42,294 nt of DNA from a virus (IMGVR_UViG_3300003310_000099:1-42294), one strand, 5' to 3'. Positions 20,080 through 27,517 are shown, counted from the first letter of the stretch. Numbers and translations are program-made. The notes: generated from the letters alone by a model not told the origin.

Positions 20080-20889
20080 ACCTGGGAAGGTAAGCGAAGC
20101 TTTATCCTGTCCCCCAAAATACTTCTGAACAAATGGCAACACAGCATTAACCCCTGTGTGAAGGTACGCAGCAACTTTCTCAGCCATCATACGAATCTGG
20201 TCTTCAATTGGTGTTCCTTCAGGAATGCCAATTTGATTAGCAATAAGCTGTATTGCTGCCCAAATCATCACCGCAGTAATTGGTTTGCCCAGAAAACCTT
20301 CTCTCAAATCAACAAAGTTCCCAAAGGAGTAATTTTCTTCATAAGACACTCCAGGGAATTCTTTTGATAACGCAAGTAATTCTTGAAATGGCAAATTTAC
20401 TCTATACATTTCAACAGGACATTTAGGACACTTCAACATTAAAGCGAACCAGTGGTGATTGCCATCGAAAATGATATTATCCTTCGATAGTATAATTTTC
20501 TTGTTTATCAATTTCTGTCTATCAATAAGACTCCGTGCTTTGTCCAAATGCATCACTTGTTGAGCATGAGCTAAAGTTTGATTGCCAGATGGCTGCACTA
20601 AGTCCTTGGCCGTACTTGTGATTCTTTCTACATGTACGCCACGTTCTTTCACTAACCAGTTGATAAACTCTTCACGGTTTTTCACTTGTGGCATAGATGC
20701 TCTGGGAACGCCTAAGTTTTGGTGAGGGGTAAATACACCTTTTCTAAGGGTGCCAATATCAAGAATCCTTTTCATATGCTTTTTCTTGATATCTGGCGTT
20801 GGCTCTAGTAGTTTCCTAGTAAGCTTGGCTGGCACAACAGGTGGTGGCAAAACTGCTGTTTCACCCTCTATAAAATCCTTGAAAGTCAT
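20068..20889 (-). CDS. hypothetical protein with ParB/Srx-like motif and capsid-targeting-like N-terminus
   Basis: IILSKDNIIFDGNHHW; MTFKDFIEGE; TATATA-N4-ATG. Confidence 0.6.
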   Translation of the reverse strand: MTFKDFIEGETAVLPPPVVPAKLTRKLLEPTPDIKKKHMKRILDIGTLRKGVFTPHQNLGVPRASMPQVKNREEFINWLVKERGVHVERITSTAKDLVQPSGNQTLAHAQQVMHLDKARSLIDRQKLINKKIILSKDNIIFDGNHHWFALMLKCPKCPVEMYRVNLPFQELLALSKEFPGVSYEENYSFGNFVDLREGFLGKPITAVMIWAAIQLIANQIGIPEGTPIEDQIRMMAEKVAAYLHTGVNAVLPFVQKYFGGQDKASLTFPGLTA

Positions 20890-20930
20890 GAAATATATAT
20901 CGCCTTAACTCCATTATGTCTGGAGGATTT

Positions 20931-21950
20931 ATGAAAAAAGTTGTCGTAACTGGAATAGGCGGATTCGTTGGCGCTCATGTCCTTGAATACTTCCTTGAAA
21001 AAACTGACTGGAACATAATCGGCATAGACTCCTTTCGTCATAAAGGAACCTATAGCCGTTTAAACGAAATTATAGGATATAATGCCAAAAGAGTCAGAGT
21101 TTTTAATCATGACCTGATCGCGCCAATTGACGTACAGTTAGAAAACCAAATTCTAGAAAAAACACTCGAAAGTGATGGTGTGCCCGTCAATTATATTATT
21201 AATATAGCATCTGATAGCGCAGTAGAACGTTCTATTACTGACCCAGGCCCATGCTGGATGAACAATTGTAGTTTAATTTTCAACATGCTGGAATTTGCCA
21301 GAAGAGTCAAGCCTAAACTATTCCTCCACTTCAGCACCGACGAAGTTTATGGGGAAGCTGAACCAAATAAATCACACTATGAATGGGACGTAATTCTCCC
21401 TTCAAATCCTTATAGCGCAAGCAAAGCTGCACAAGAAGCCTTAGCAATTTCTTATTGGCGAACTTATGACGTACCATTACTGCTACTTAATGTGATGAAT
21501 ATCATTGGCGAATGGCAAGATAAAGAGAAGTTTTTGCCAAAGTTGATCTATAAAGTTGCTACGAATCAGAAGATGCAGATTTATGGAGAACCAGGGAAGA
21601 TTGGTTCCCGTTATTACATTCATGCTAACAACATAGCAGATGCAATCATTTATTTGTCTAAATTTGAGCCAGCAATGTATGGTAAAGCAAAGCGCCCAGA
21701 CCGCTACAACGTGGTTGGTGATACGGAGTTAGATAATTTGCAAATGGCCCAATATGTAGCGAAGGTGGTAGGACAGCCTTTAAATTATGAATTAATTCCT
21801 TCTGAAATTGCAAGAAGGGGTTATGATAAGAGATATGCTTTGGATGGTGCTAAGTTAGCTGAGATGGGCTGGAAACATCCGAAGTCTACACTAGATTCTA
21901 TTGCACAAATTGTTCGTTGGACTATGGAACACCCACATTGGTTGGTATGA
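20931..21950 (+). CDS. rfbB: dTDP-glucose 4,6-dehydratase-like NAD-dependent epimerase/dehydratase
   Basis: TGIGGFVG, STDEVYG, NPYSASKAA; start at ATG 20931 after GGAGG. Confidence 0.85.
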   Translation: MKKVVVTGIGGFVGAHVLEYFLEKTDWNIIGIDSFRHKGTYSRLNEIIGYNAKRVRVFNHDLIAPIDVQLENQILEKTLESDGVPVNYIINIASDSAVERSITDPGPCWMNNCSLIFNMLEFARRVKPKLFLHFSTDEVYGEAEPNKSHYEWDVILPSNPYSASKAAQEALAISYWRTYDVPLLLLNVMNIIGEWQDKEKFLPKLIYKVATNQKMQIYGEPGKIGSRYYIHANNIADAIIYLSKFEPAMYGKAKRPDRYNVVGDTELDNLQMAQYVAKVVGQPLNYELIPSEIARRGYDKRYALDGAKLAEMGWKHPKSTLDSIAQIVRWTMEHPHWLV

Positions 21951-22357
21951 AAAATTCTGGTTTACAAGCCGCAATTTTGGGCTATAGTGAGAGCATGGAG
22001 AAAAATTACGACTTGGGTTGGAAGAAGGGCTACGATGCCCTGATGAACTTTTCTTACTGCGAAACCACTTTCGCAATTCTCGCTGACGAAGCGAAGCAAA
22101 TCCTGTCTGAGAATCAAGTTCCATATGCCAAGGGCTATGCTCAAGGTACAATTGACGCGATTGCCCAGCGTTTTGAGCGTCACATCGCTGAACAAAATAC
22201 CAAAGAAGAAACTGACGAGGATATTGTAGCTGCATTGGATGCAGATGCAAAAAGAAGTCGGGAAATAGAACGCCAGAATAAATTACTGCGTTCACTTCCT
22301 GTAAATGAACAATATAGAATTATTAGGAGTTTCTGTGATAAACATAGAACTAGGTAA
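21947..22357 (+). CDS. hypothetical protein
   Basis: ATGA overlap with the previous stop. Confidence 0.6.
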   Translation: MKNSGLQAAILGYSESMEKNYDLGWKKGYDALMNFSYCETTFAILADEAKQILSENQVPYAKGYAQGTIDAIAQRFERHIAEQNTKEETDEDIVAALDADAKRSREIERQNKLLRSLPVNEQYRIIRSFCDKHRTR

Positions 22358-22640
22358 AAAAGTGCTTAACTTTCTTGATTCCCCTGATTGGGCTTTGAGT
22401 GTTGATTTAAGCGGTATTGTTTTAAATGTAAATGGGAAGAAACTTAGCATTAGTTTTGAATGTGCCCAATCTATACGTTGGGATAACAGAGCGATTACCG
22501 AAAGTATTGATAAATCAATGTTAAAAGAAATTAGAAAAAAAGGTCAAGCGATATTTAGTATACTCAAAGAAAATCGGCTTACAAGAATTGAAAAAGAACG
22601 CGATGAATTGATCCAAACCGTTTTGAAGGAAATGGGATAA
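22305..22640 (+). CDS. hypothetical protein
   Basis: 111-aa ORF in operon. Confidence 0.5.
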   Translation: MNNIELLGVSVINIELGKKVLNFLDSPDWALSVDLSGIVLNVNGKKLSISFECAQSIRWDNRAITESIDKSMLKEIRKKGQAIFSILKENRLTRIEKERDELIQTVLKEMG

Positions 22641-23467
22641 TGGCACAAGTTAAATGGCTTATTGAACCTGAAATTTTTGAACCTGATGCCCAACCTCTGC
22701 TAGACACTCTTAAAAAAATGGGCGTCGAACATCAAGTGTGGCCGTTTGGTCATATGTATCAGGATTTCAAAAATAAGTTCAGTGATGACTGTGTAGTTTT
22801 CTACGGTAGCTTCCAGTTTGCAAATGTGATTAAAAAACAAACAAGCTGGATTCCTGGCGTATATTGCAATCTGCCTAAATTCGATTGCCTCTATTACTAT
22901 CCACGGCTGGAGAAGTATCTACTAAATTGGAATTATACCATGATGCCTTTAGGGGTTGTTTGCAGTCCTACTAAATCGCATCAATTAAAACATTTTGCAC
23001 CCTTGGATAGCATCTTTATAAGACCATCCAGTGGTGGCAAGTCCTTTACGGGCAAGGTGGTTGATCTAGCCAATCTTGACAAAGAGTTGCGACAATTTGC
23101 GTTAAGGGCAGACCCTGAAACGCTGGTGGTTATTTCTAATCCACAAAGAATTATGCGAGAATGGCGAATGGTGGTGGCTGATAATAAGGTCATTACTGCC
23201 AGCCAGTATAGACACGGCATCCATATGACTCGTTCTAAGGATGTACCAACTGAAGTTACACAATATGCTCAGGATGTATTAAACAATGTTAAATACAATC
23301 CCGATCCTATTTGGACATTGGATATTTGTGAGACAGACGACGGTAGGTTGCACGTTTTAGAAGTTGGGTCATTTTCTTGTGCAGGACTTTATGCATGTGA
23401 CCCAGAAATAATTGTGAACACAGTAAATCAAATTGCTTTAAAAGAATATTTAGAATATCAAAAATGA
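22640..23467 (+). CDS. ATP-grasp domain protein (R2K/DUF4343-like)
   Basis: FIRPSSGGKSFTG, EWRMVV, WTLDI, VLEVGSFSCAGLY. Confidence 0.8.
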   Translation: MAQVKWLIEPEIFEPDAQPLLDTLKKMGVEHQVWPFGHMYQDFKNKFSDDCVVFYGSFQFANVIKKQTSWIPGVYCNLPKFDCLYYYPRLEKYLLNWNYTMMPLGVVCSPTKSHQLKHFAPLDSIFIRPSSGGKSFTGKVVDLANLDKELRQFALRADPETLVVISNPQRIMREWRMVVADNKVITASQYRHGIHMTRSKDVPTEVTQYAQDVLNNVKYNPDPIWTLDICETDDGRLHVLEVGSFSCAGLYACDPEIIVNTVNQIALKEYLEYQK

Positions 23468-24183
23468 GGAAAATTATGAGTACGTTTTTTAGTGCAGACT
23501 TCCATTACAACCACGGCAATATTATTAAATATTGCAATCGTCCCTTCTTGGCAGAAGAGGATCGACAGGCATTGTCCCGTGATGGTCAATGGCATGATGG
23601 TGATTGGAAAGGTGAACGAGCCAGTAAACATCGTATTTCCCGCGAAGGCGTGGAAATGATGAATGACTACATTGTGAACGCCATCAACAAAACCGTGGGC
23701 CAAAACGACACACTTTGGTTCTTGGGCGATTGGTGTTTTGCTGGTAAGAACAACTACTATCAGGTTGCCAGAGAATTTCGTGATAGAATTAACTGCAAGA
23801 CGGTTAATCTTATCTGGGGCAATCATGACCACCGCAACATTCGTGATTTGTTCAATGAGTCTTACGATTTGTTTGAAACATATGTAAATAACCAAAGAAT
23901 GGTTTTGTGTCATTACGCTATGGCTGTATGGGATAAATCTCACAGAGGCTCTTGGCAATTGTACGGTCATTCTCATAGTAATTTAGAATCATGGATGGAC
24001 AAGGTTATGCCAGGACGACGTTCCATTGATGTGGGCATTGACAATGCCAAGAAGGTATTGGGTGATTATCGTCCATTTAGCTTTGAGGATTTGCAGAGGC
24101 TTATTGGCAATAATCCTGGTTTCTCTTCAGATCATCATGGAATGAGAACTGGTCCAACTGAAGAAGATTTAGCTGATAAGTAA
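23464..24183 (+). CDS. calcineurin-like metallophosphoesterase
   Basis: ADFH, LGD, GNHD, CHY, YGHSH motifs. Confidence 0.9.
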   Translation: MRKIMSTFFSADFHYNHGNIIKYCNRPFLAEEDRQALSRDGQWHDGDWKGERASKHRISREGVEMMNDYIVNAINKTVGQNDTLWFLGDWCFAGKNNYYQVAREFRDRINCKTVNLIWGNHDHRNIRDLFNESYDLFETYVNNQRMVLCHYAMAVWDKSHRGSWQLYGHSHSNLESWMDKVMPGRRSIDVGIDNAKKVLGDYRPFSFEDLQRLIGNNPGFSSDHHGMRTGPTEEDLADK

Positions 24184-24236
24184 ATTTATCCAATACAAAA
24201 ATGTACAGCGTATGGTAGAGGTATTGGATAAATTTA
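24181..24236. terminator. 16-bp perfect inverted repeat at the left boundary of the RNA array (possible terminator/processing hairpin)
   Basis: TAAATTTATCCAATAC ... GTATTGGATAAATTTA. Confidence 0.55.
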
Positions 24237-24274
24237 GCTTCAGAAAATATTTTGGAAATATTTTGTTTTTTTTG

Positions 24275-24303
24275 TTGACAAAATGAAAAAGAGATACTAC
24301 TAT
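24275..24303 (+). promoter_or_regulatory. sigma70-type promoter
   Basis: TTGACA-N17-TACTAT. Confidence 0.6.
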
Positions 24304-24351
24304 ACACTTAGTCGTTAAGCGGAGAATCTTCACGACAAATAAGAAAGTTAG

Positions 24352-24400
24352 AAAAAGAACTTGACAAACCTTGAAAACGATAGTAAGATAGGTGAGTCAG
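24352..24400 (+). promoter_or_regulatory. repeated promoter cassette copy 1
   Basis: AAAAAGAAC-TTGACA-N17-TAAGAT-AGGTGAGTCAG; near-identical copies at 24612 and 25381. Confidence 0.8.
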
Positions 24401-24404
24401 ATAT

Positions 24405-24524
24405 GGCCAAGTAGCTAAAGAAGATCGCTTTGGTGACTCAGACAAGTGATTGTCTCCAACCCTGAAGCTTACAAGCAATAGTCAGTAAAACTAGAGAATG
24501 TTGGTGCAAATCCAACCTTGGCCG
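24405..24524 (+). ncRNA. module 1 (type B): tRNA-like RNA with Y-like module inserted in the D-loop
   Basis: acceptor GGCCAAG/CTTGGCC; D-stem GCT/AGC; insert GACTCAGACA-agtgat-TGTCTCCAA...GCTTACAAGC; anticodon loop CAGTAAA (GTA, non-canonical A33); T-arm GTTGG-TGCAAAT-CCAAC. Confidence 0.8.
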
Positions 24525-24530
24525 CTAGTA

Positions 24531-24600
24531 GCGTCCCCTAAAGGAAGAACTTACAAACAACAAGGTTATGTTTAAATGATAGTTCTTTAAACTTGGACGC
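24531..24600 (+). ncRNA. module 2 (type A): minimal Y-RNA-like RNA
   Basis: GCGTCC/GGACGC terminal helix, GAAGAAC/GTTCTTT inner helix, TTACAAAC, followed by a T-run. Confidence 0.8.
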
Positions 24601-24611
24601 AACTTTTTTTC

Positions 24612-24660
24612 AAAAAGAACTTGACAAACCTTAAAGACAGTAGTATGATAGGTAAGTCAG
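24612..24660 (+). promoter_or_regulatory. repeated promoter cassette copy 2
   Basis: TTGACA-N17-TATGAT within the same repeat. Confidence 0.8.
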
Positions 24661-24662
24661 GT

Positions 24663-24705
24663 GAGTGGAAGTCCTTAAAGAATGATTATGGACTATGCCA
24701 CACAA
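24663..24705 (+). repeat. 43-nt hairpin repeat copy 1
   Basis: GAGTGGAAGTCCTTAAAGAATGATTATGGACTATGCCACACAA; second copy at 25434. Confidence 0.8.
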
Positions 24706-24757
24706 GGATGGGAAAAGTGCTGAAGACTGTCGTTAGGCAGCGTTCAAGCACAACGCT

Positions 24758-24881
24758 GGGGGATAAAGAAAGCTTTGATGACTTGGACAAGAAATTGTCC
24801 CCAACGGTTTGAGCTTACAAACTTTAAGGTAAAGAAAAGACTTTTAATCTTTTTAAGTGGGTTCAACTCCCACATCCTCCA
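24758..24881 (+). ncRNA. module 3 (type B): tRNA-Lys(TTT) with Y-like module inserted between acceptor stem and D-arm
   Basis: GGGGGAT/ATCCTCC; insert GACTTGGACAA-gaaa-TTGTCCCCAA...GCTTACAAAC; D-arm CTTT-AAGGT-AAAG; AAAGA-CTTTTAA-TCTTT; GTGGG-TTCAACT-CCCAC. Confidence 0.8.
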
Positions 24882-24953
24882 CTAAGGCTTATCACTGAGC
24901 CTGGATTTTGTGTGACGGTCGCCTAGACCCAGAGCAAAACGATCAGTGAACAC

Positions 24954-25064
24954 GGGGTTTAAAAAGGCTTGGAGAACTTAGACAGGAAACTGTCTCCCAC
25001 TTTTTAAGCTTACATACTGGAAAGCAAGGAAACTTGCAAGTTGGTTCGAGTCCAACAAACCCCG
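24954..25064 (+). ncRNA. module 4 (type B): anticodon-less tRNA-like RNA with Y-like insert
   Basis: GGGGTTT/AAACCCC; AACTTAGACAG-gaaa-CTGTCTCCC...GCTTACATAC; GCAAG-GAAA-CTTGC replaces the anticodon arm; GTTGG-TTCGAGT-CCAAC. Confidence 0.8.
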
Positions 25065-25068
25065 CTAA

Positions 25069-25201
25069 CTGTCTCCTATGTTGGGAACTTACAAACATCA
25101 AGTGGGTTCGACTCCCATCAGCAGTTCGCTGCTGTAGCCTAACGGTCAGGCAACTGGCTTTTAACCAGTCTTAAAAAGACGAGTTTTCATGACTTAGACA
25201 G
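25069..25201 (+). ncRNA. module 5 (type A): Y-like stem enclosing a circularly permuted tRNA-Lys(TTT) (YrlA-like order)
   Basis: CTGTCT/AGACAG ends; inside: T-arm GTGGG-TTCGACT-CCCAT, acceptor CAGCAG-TTCG-CTGCTG, D-arm GCCT-AACGGTC-AGGC, ACTGG-CTTTTAA-CCAGT. Confidence 0.85.
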
Positions 25202-25209
25202 TTAATTTT

Positions 25210-25342
25210 GCCAAGGTAGTCTAAAAAACTATTAGTTACAGTGACTTAGACAAGTAATTGTCTCCAATGGTTGTAACTTACAAACAGGTAAGACGTTATC
25301 CTCATAAGGTAAAGTTTGTTGGTTCAAATCCAACCCTTGGCA
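25210..25342 (+). ncRNA. module 6 (type B): tRNA(CAT) with Y-like module inserted in the D-loop
   Basis: GCCAAGG/CCTTGGC; D-stem GTCT/AGAC; insert GTTACA-GTGACTTAGACAA-gtaa-TTGTCTCCAA-tggt-TGTAAC-TTACAAAC; TTATC-CTCATAA-GGTAA; GTTGG-TTCAAAT-CCAAC. Confidence 0.85.
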
Positions 25343-25380
25343 CTGAAAGATTCTTCTTGACAAATAAGAAAACTTTTTTC

Positions 25381-25429
25381 AAAAAGAACTTGACAAACCT
25401 TGAAAACGATGGTAAGATAGGTGAGTCAG
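25381..25429 (+). promoter_or_regulatory. repeated promoter cassette copy 3
   Basis: TTGACA(25390)-N17-TAAGAT. Confidence 0.8.
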
Positions 25430-25433
25430 ATAC

Positions 25434-25476
25434 GAGTGGAAGTCCTTAAAGAATGATTAGGGATTATGCCACACAA
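25434..25476 (+). repeat. 43-nt hairpin repeat copy 2
   Basis: differs from 24663..24705 at two positions. Confidence 0.8.
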
Positions 25477-25503
25477 AGAAGAAAAAGATAGTAGAATGAG
25501 GTT

Positions 25504-25568
25504 GTGGGAGTAGCTCAATGGAGAGCGCCAGTATACTGGAGACGTTGGTTCAAACCCAATCTTCCGCT
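25504..25568 (+). ncRNA. tRNA-like RNA lacking an anticodon loop
   Basis: GTGGGAG/CTTCCGC; GCTC-AATGGA-GAGC; CCAG-TATA-CTGG (4-nt loop); GTTGG-TTCAAAC-CCAAT. Confidence 0.7.
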
Positions 25569-25570
25569 TT

Positions 25571-25697
25571 TGTCTGTCACCGATGTTGAGAACTTACATA
25601 CAATTAGCTCAGTAGATGAGCGTAACTAAGCAGAAGTTAAGGACGTGGGTGCGAATCCCACATTGTTAAAAATCAGTTTTCATGACTTGGACAGACA
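25571..25697 (+). ncRNA. module 7 (type A): Y-like stem enclosing a degenerate tRNA
   Basis: TGTCTGTC/GACAGACA; GAGAAC/GTTTTC; ACTTACATAC; GCTC-AGTAGAT-GAGC; TAACT-AAGCAGA-AGTTA; GTGGG-TGCGAAT-CCCAC; T-run follows. Confidence 0.8.
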
Positions 25698-25716
25698 TTT
25701 TTTTTATATATTGACG

Positions 25717-26208
25717 ATGGGTGTGGATAAAAAGTTTGAGCAGTTAGGTTGTAATTTAGGAAGTGCCGCAATCAAATTGAGAAAGTTAGTTCTTTTTGAT
25801 TTGATTGTTAAGTTTGGTCTAAATAAATGTTATCGGTGCGGTAAAGTGATTGATGCTGTCGATGACTTTACTTTAGATCACAAGATTGATTGGTTAGACT
25901 CGGCTAATCCTGAAGAGTTGTTTTTTGATGTTTCTAATGTAGCTTTTAGTCATGCTCTTTGCAATACATTGGCTAGACGAACGCCAAATAAGGTTAGAGG
26001 TAAAGTAGGTTTTAAGGGTGTTTATTTTGATTCGGGGAGAAAAAAACCTTATAAGGCAGAGTTAGAAACTAAAATCAACGGTGAAAAGAAAGTCTACAGG
26101 TTAGGTAGATTTGGTACAGCAGAAGAAGCAGCTTTGGCTTATGATTTGAAAGCCAAAGAAATTTTAGGAAATCGAGCTATATCAAATCATGATATGGGCT
26201 TGATATGA
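25717..26208 (+). mobile_element. HNH-AP2 (homing-type) endonuclease CDS inserted in the RNA array
   Basis: CYRCG...LDHK...N...SHALCN (HNH with Zn site) followed by GFKGVYFD...RLGRFGTAEEAALAYD (AP2). Confidence 0.85.
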
Positions 26209-26273
26209 GGGGCGGTAGCTTAGCGTTTAAAGCATTAGTCTTATAGACTAAAGATCGAATCCATCCCGCCCCA
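26209..26273 (+). pseudogene. degenerate tRNA (TAT loop) missing the 5' strand of the T-stem
   Basis: GGGGCGG/CCGCCCC; GCTT/AAGC; TTAGT-CTTATAG-ACTAA; then only AGATCGAATCCATC. Confidence 0.65.
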
Positions 26274-26276
26274 CTA

Positions 26277-26607
26277 CACTGTTTCCAACCTTTGGAGCTT
26301 ACAAACTTTGGAGGTTCTAAGGTAGCGAGTTTGCTTGGTTTACGACTTACCCATAGTGGTAAGTGGAGCTTCCAAGCAGCGAATCCAGGTGTAATCGCAA
26401 GATTGCTAATGGATAGTAAGGTGTGAACCTTTCCCGCGATTTCACGGTCAGTCTTCTACGGAAGCCTGAAAAGGTGGTCGAGAGTTAACATAATAGTTGA
26501 CTCACTTGGCGAAAGCCAAGGGCCGATTGGCTTGAGTGTAAACGGATGGGCAACCATCACGCACGACCACAAATAATTGCTCTTATGCTCTGGAAACTTA
26601 GACAGTG
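26277..26607 (+). ncRNA. module 8 (type A): Y-like stem enclosing a ~280-nt structured RNA
   Basis: CACTGTTT/AGACAGTG; GGAGC/GCTCT; CTTACAAAC; internal GNRA hairpins; T-run follows. Confidence 0.75.
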
Positions 26608-26653
26608 TTATTTTTTTAGCTATAGCCCAAGAAAATTGGGTAAGCATAGATCA

Positions 26654-26709
26654 GTTGTCAAAACTTAGAAGGCTCGCCCAACCTTCTCCCATGCGGACAA
26701 CTTACAAAC
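26654..26709 (+). ncRNA. module 9 (type B hairpin, no tRNA flanks recognised)
   Basis: GTTGTC/GACAAC; ACTTAGAAGG...CCTTCTCCC (compensated P1); TTACAAAC. Confidence 0.7.
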
Positions 26710-26786
26710 CAACAAAGATTTAACCTTGGAGAACGAACATGAAGATGGACTATGGTTGACGTAGCAGCTTAGGGTTAGACCCATTT

Positions 26787-26837
26787 GCTGCTAAAACTTA
26801 GACAGGAAACTGTCTCCAAACATAGTAGCTTACAAAC
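26787..26837 (+). ncRNA. module 10 (type B hairpin)
   Basis: GCTGCTA/TAGTAGC; ACTTAGACAG-gaaa-CTGTCTCC; TTACAAAC. Confidence 0.75.
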
Positions 26838-26923
26838 TTGAAGAATAAATCTTAAATTAGGAGTTAACACCATGCGAAAGATGGATAGCGGTTAATCTTG
26901 AAAGTTATCGGGAGTAATTCCCA

Positions 26924-26974
26924 GCTGCTAAAACTTGGATGCGAAAGCGTCCCCAAACTTAGAAGCCTACAAAC
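26924..26974 (+). ncRNA. module 11 (type B hairpin)
   Basis: GCTGCTA...ACTTGGATGC-gaaa-GCGTCCCC...TAGAAGC-CTACAAAC; isolated T-arm GTTGG-TTCAAAT-CCAAC at 27053-27069. Confidence 0.7.
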
Positions 26975-27079
26975 TTTTTAAAGATGCCAAGTGCAAATTG
27001 TTAGAAAAATGCCCATGTAATGTACAATGAGGCGTGAAAAGGTAGTAATGAAGTTGGTTCAAATCCAACACGCGCTAAT

Positions 27080-27200
27080 TTCCGTCCCCTACAAGGTTAG
27101 TTTACAAACATAGCTCATTAGTAGAGCGCAACCATTAGAAGGTTGAAGTAATTGGTGCGAATCCAATTGTTTCTCGATAGCTGACTAAACTTGGACGGAA
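27080..27200 (+). ncRNA. module 12 (type A): Y-like stem enclosing a degenerate tRNA
   Basis: TTCCGTCC/GGACGGAA; TTTACAAAC; GCTC-ATTAGTA-GAGC; CAACC-ATTAGAA-GGTTG; ATTGG-TGCGAAT-CCAAT; 5-bp acceptor AAACA/TGTTT. Confidence 0.8.
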
Positions 27201-27204
27201 CAAT

Positions 27205-27276
27205 GTCGGTGTAGCCAAGCGGTAAGGCATCAGTCTGCAAAGCTGATTACCGTAGGTTCGAATCCTACCGCCGACT
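27205..27276 (+). tRNA. tRNA-Cys(GCA)
   Basis: canonical cloverleaf GTCGGTG/CGCCGAC, TCAGT-CTGCAAA-GCTGA, GTAGG-TTCGAAT-CCTAC, U73 discriminator; CCA not encoded. Confidence 0.92.
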
Positions 27277-27289
27277 TTAAGGTAATATA

Positions 27290-27493
27290 ATGTTAATCTG
27301 CGATAATGGGAATAAGTGTGGGAAGGGTAAAGTGCCATCATGCACTAACCAAGCCATACATATTATCCATACCGTAGATGACAAAGGCAATATAATAGAA
27401 GGGCCAGTCATCAATTTGTGTGATGAACATTTTGATGTGGCAATGCGGTTGGGACTTGTTACTGAGCCGTATATGGGATACGAAGTAACTTGA
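27290..27493 (+). CDS. small hypothetical protein (Cys/His)
   Basis: 67-aa ORF after tRNA-Cys. Confidence 0.45.
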   Translation: MLICDNGNKCGKGKVPSCTNQAIHIIHTVDDKGNIIEGPVINLCDEHFDVAMRLGLVTEPYMGYEVT

Positions 27494-27517
27494 CAATGCG
27501 GAAAATTGTGGTATAGT
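27490..27517 (+). promoter_or_regulatory. sigma70-type promoter for the Ubl-like gene
   Basis: TTGACA-N16-TATAGT. Confidence 0.7.

Noticed and set aside
24663-24705. RNase P RNA start (GAGTGGAAGTCC resembles GAGGAAAGTCC)
   Set aside because: Pairs locally into a 43-nt hairpin, is duplicated, and no other RNase P conserved regions follow.
24714-24757. Hammerhead ribozyme (CTGAAGA followed by a stem)
   Set aside because: The required GAAA after stem II is absent (CGTT instead).
26500-26570. Group II intron domain V in module 8
   Set aside because: A GNRA-capped stem with an AC bulge is present, but the lower helix with the AGC triad does not pair.
27277-27300. Theta/HDV-like ribozymes after tRNA 3' ends
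   Set aside because: No nested double-pseudoknot with the L3 consensus was recognisable after any tRNA; a covariance search would be needed to exclude it fully.
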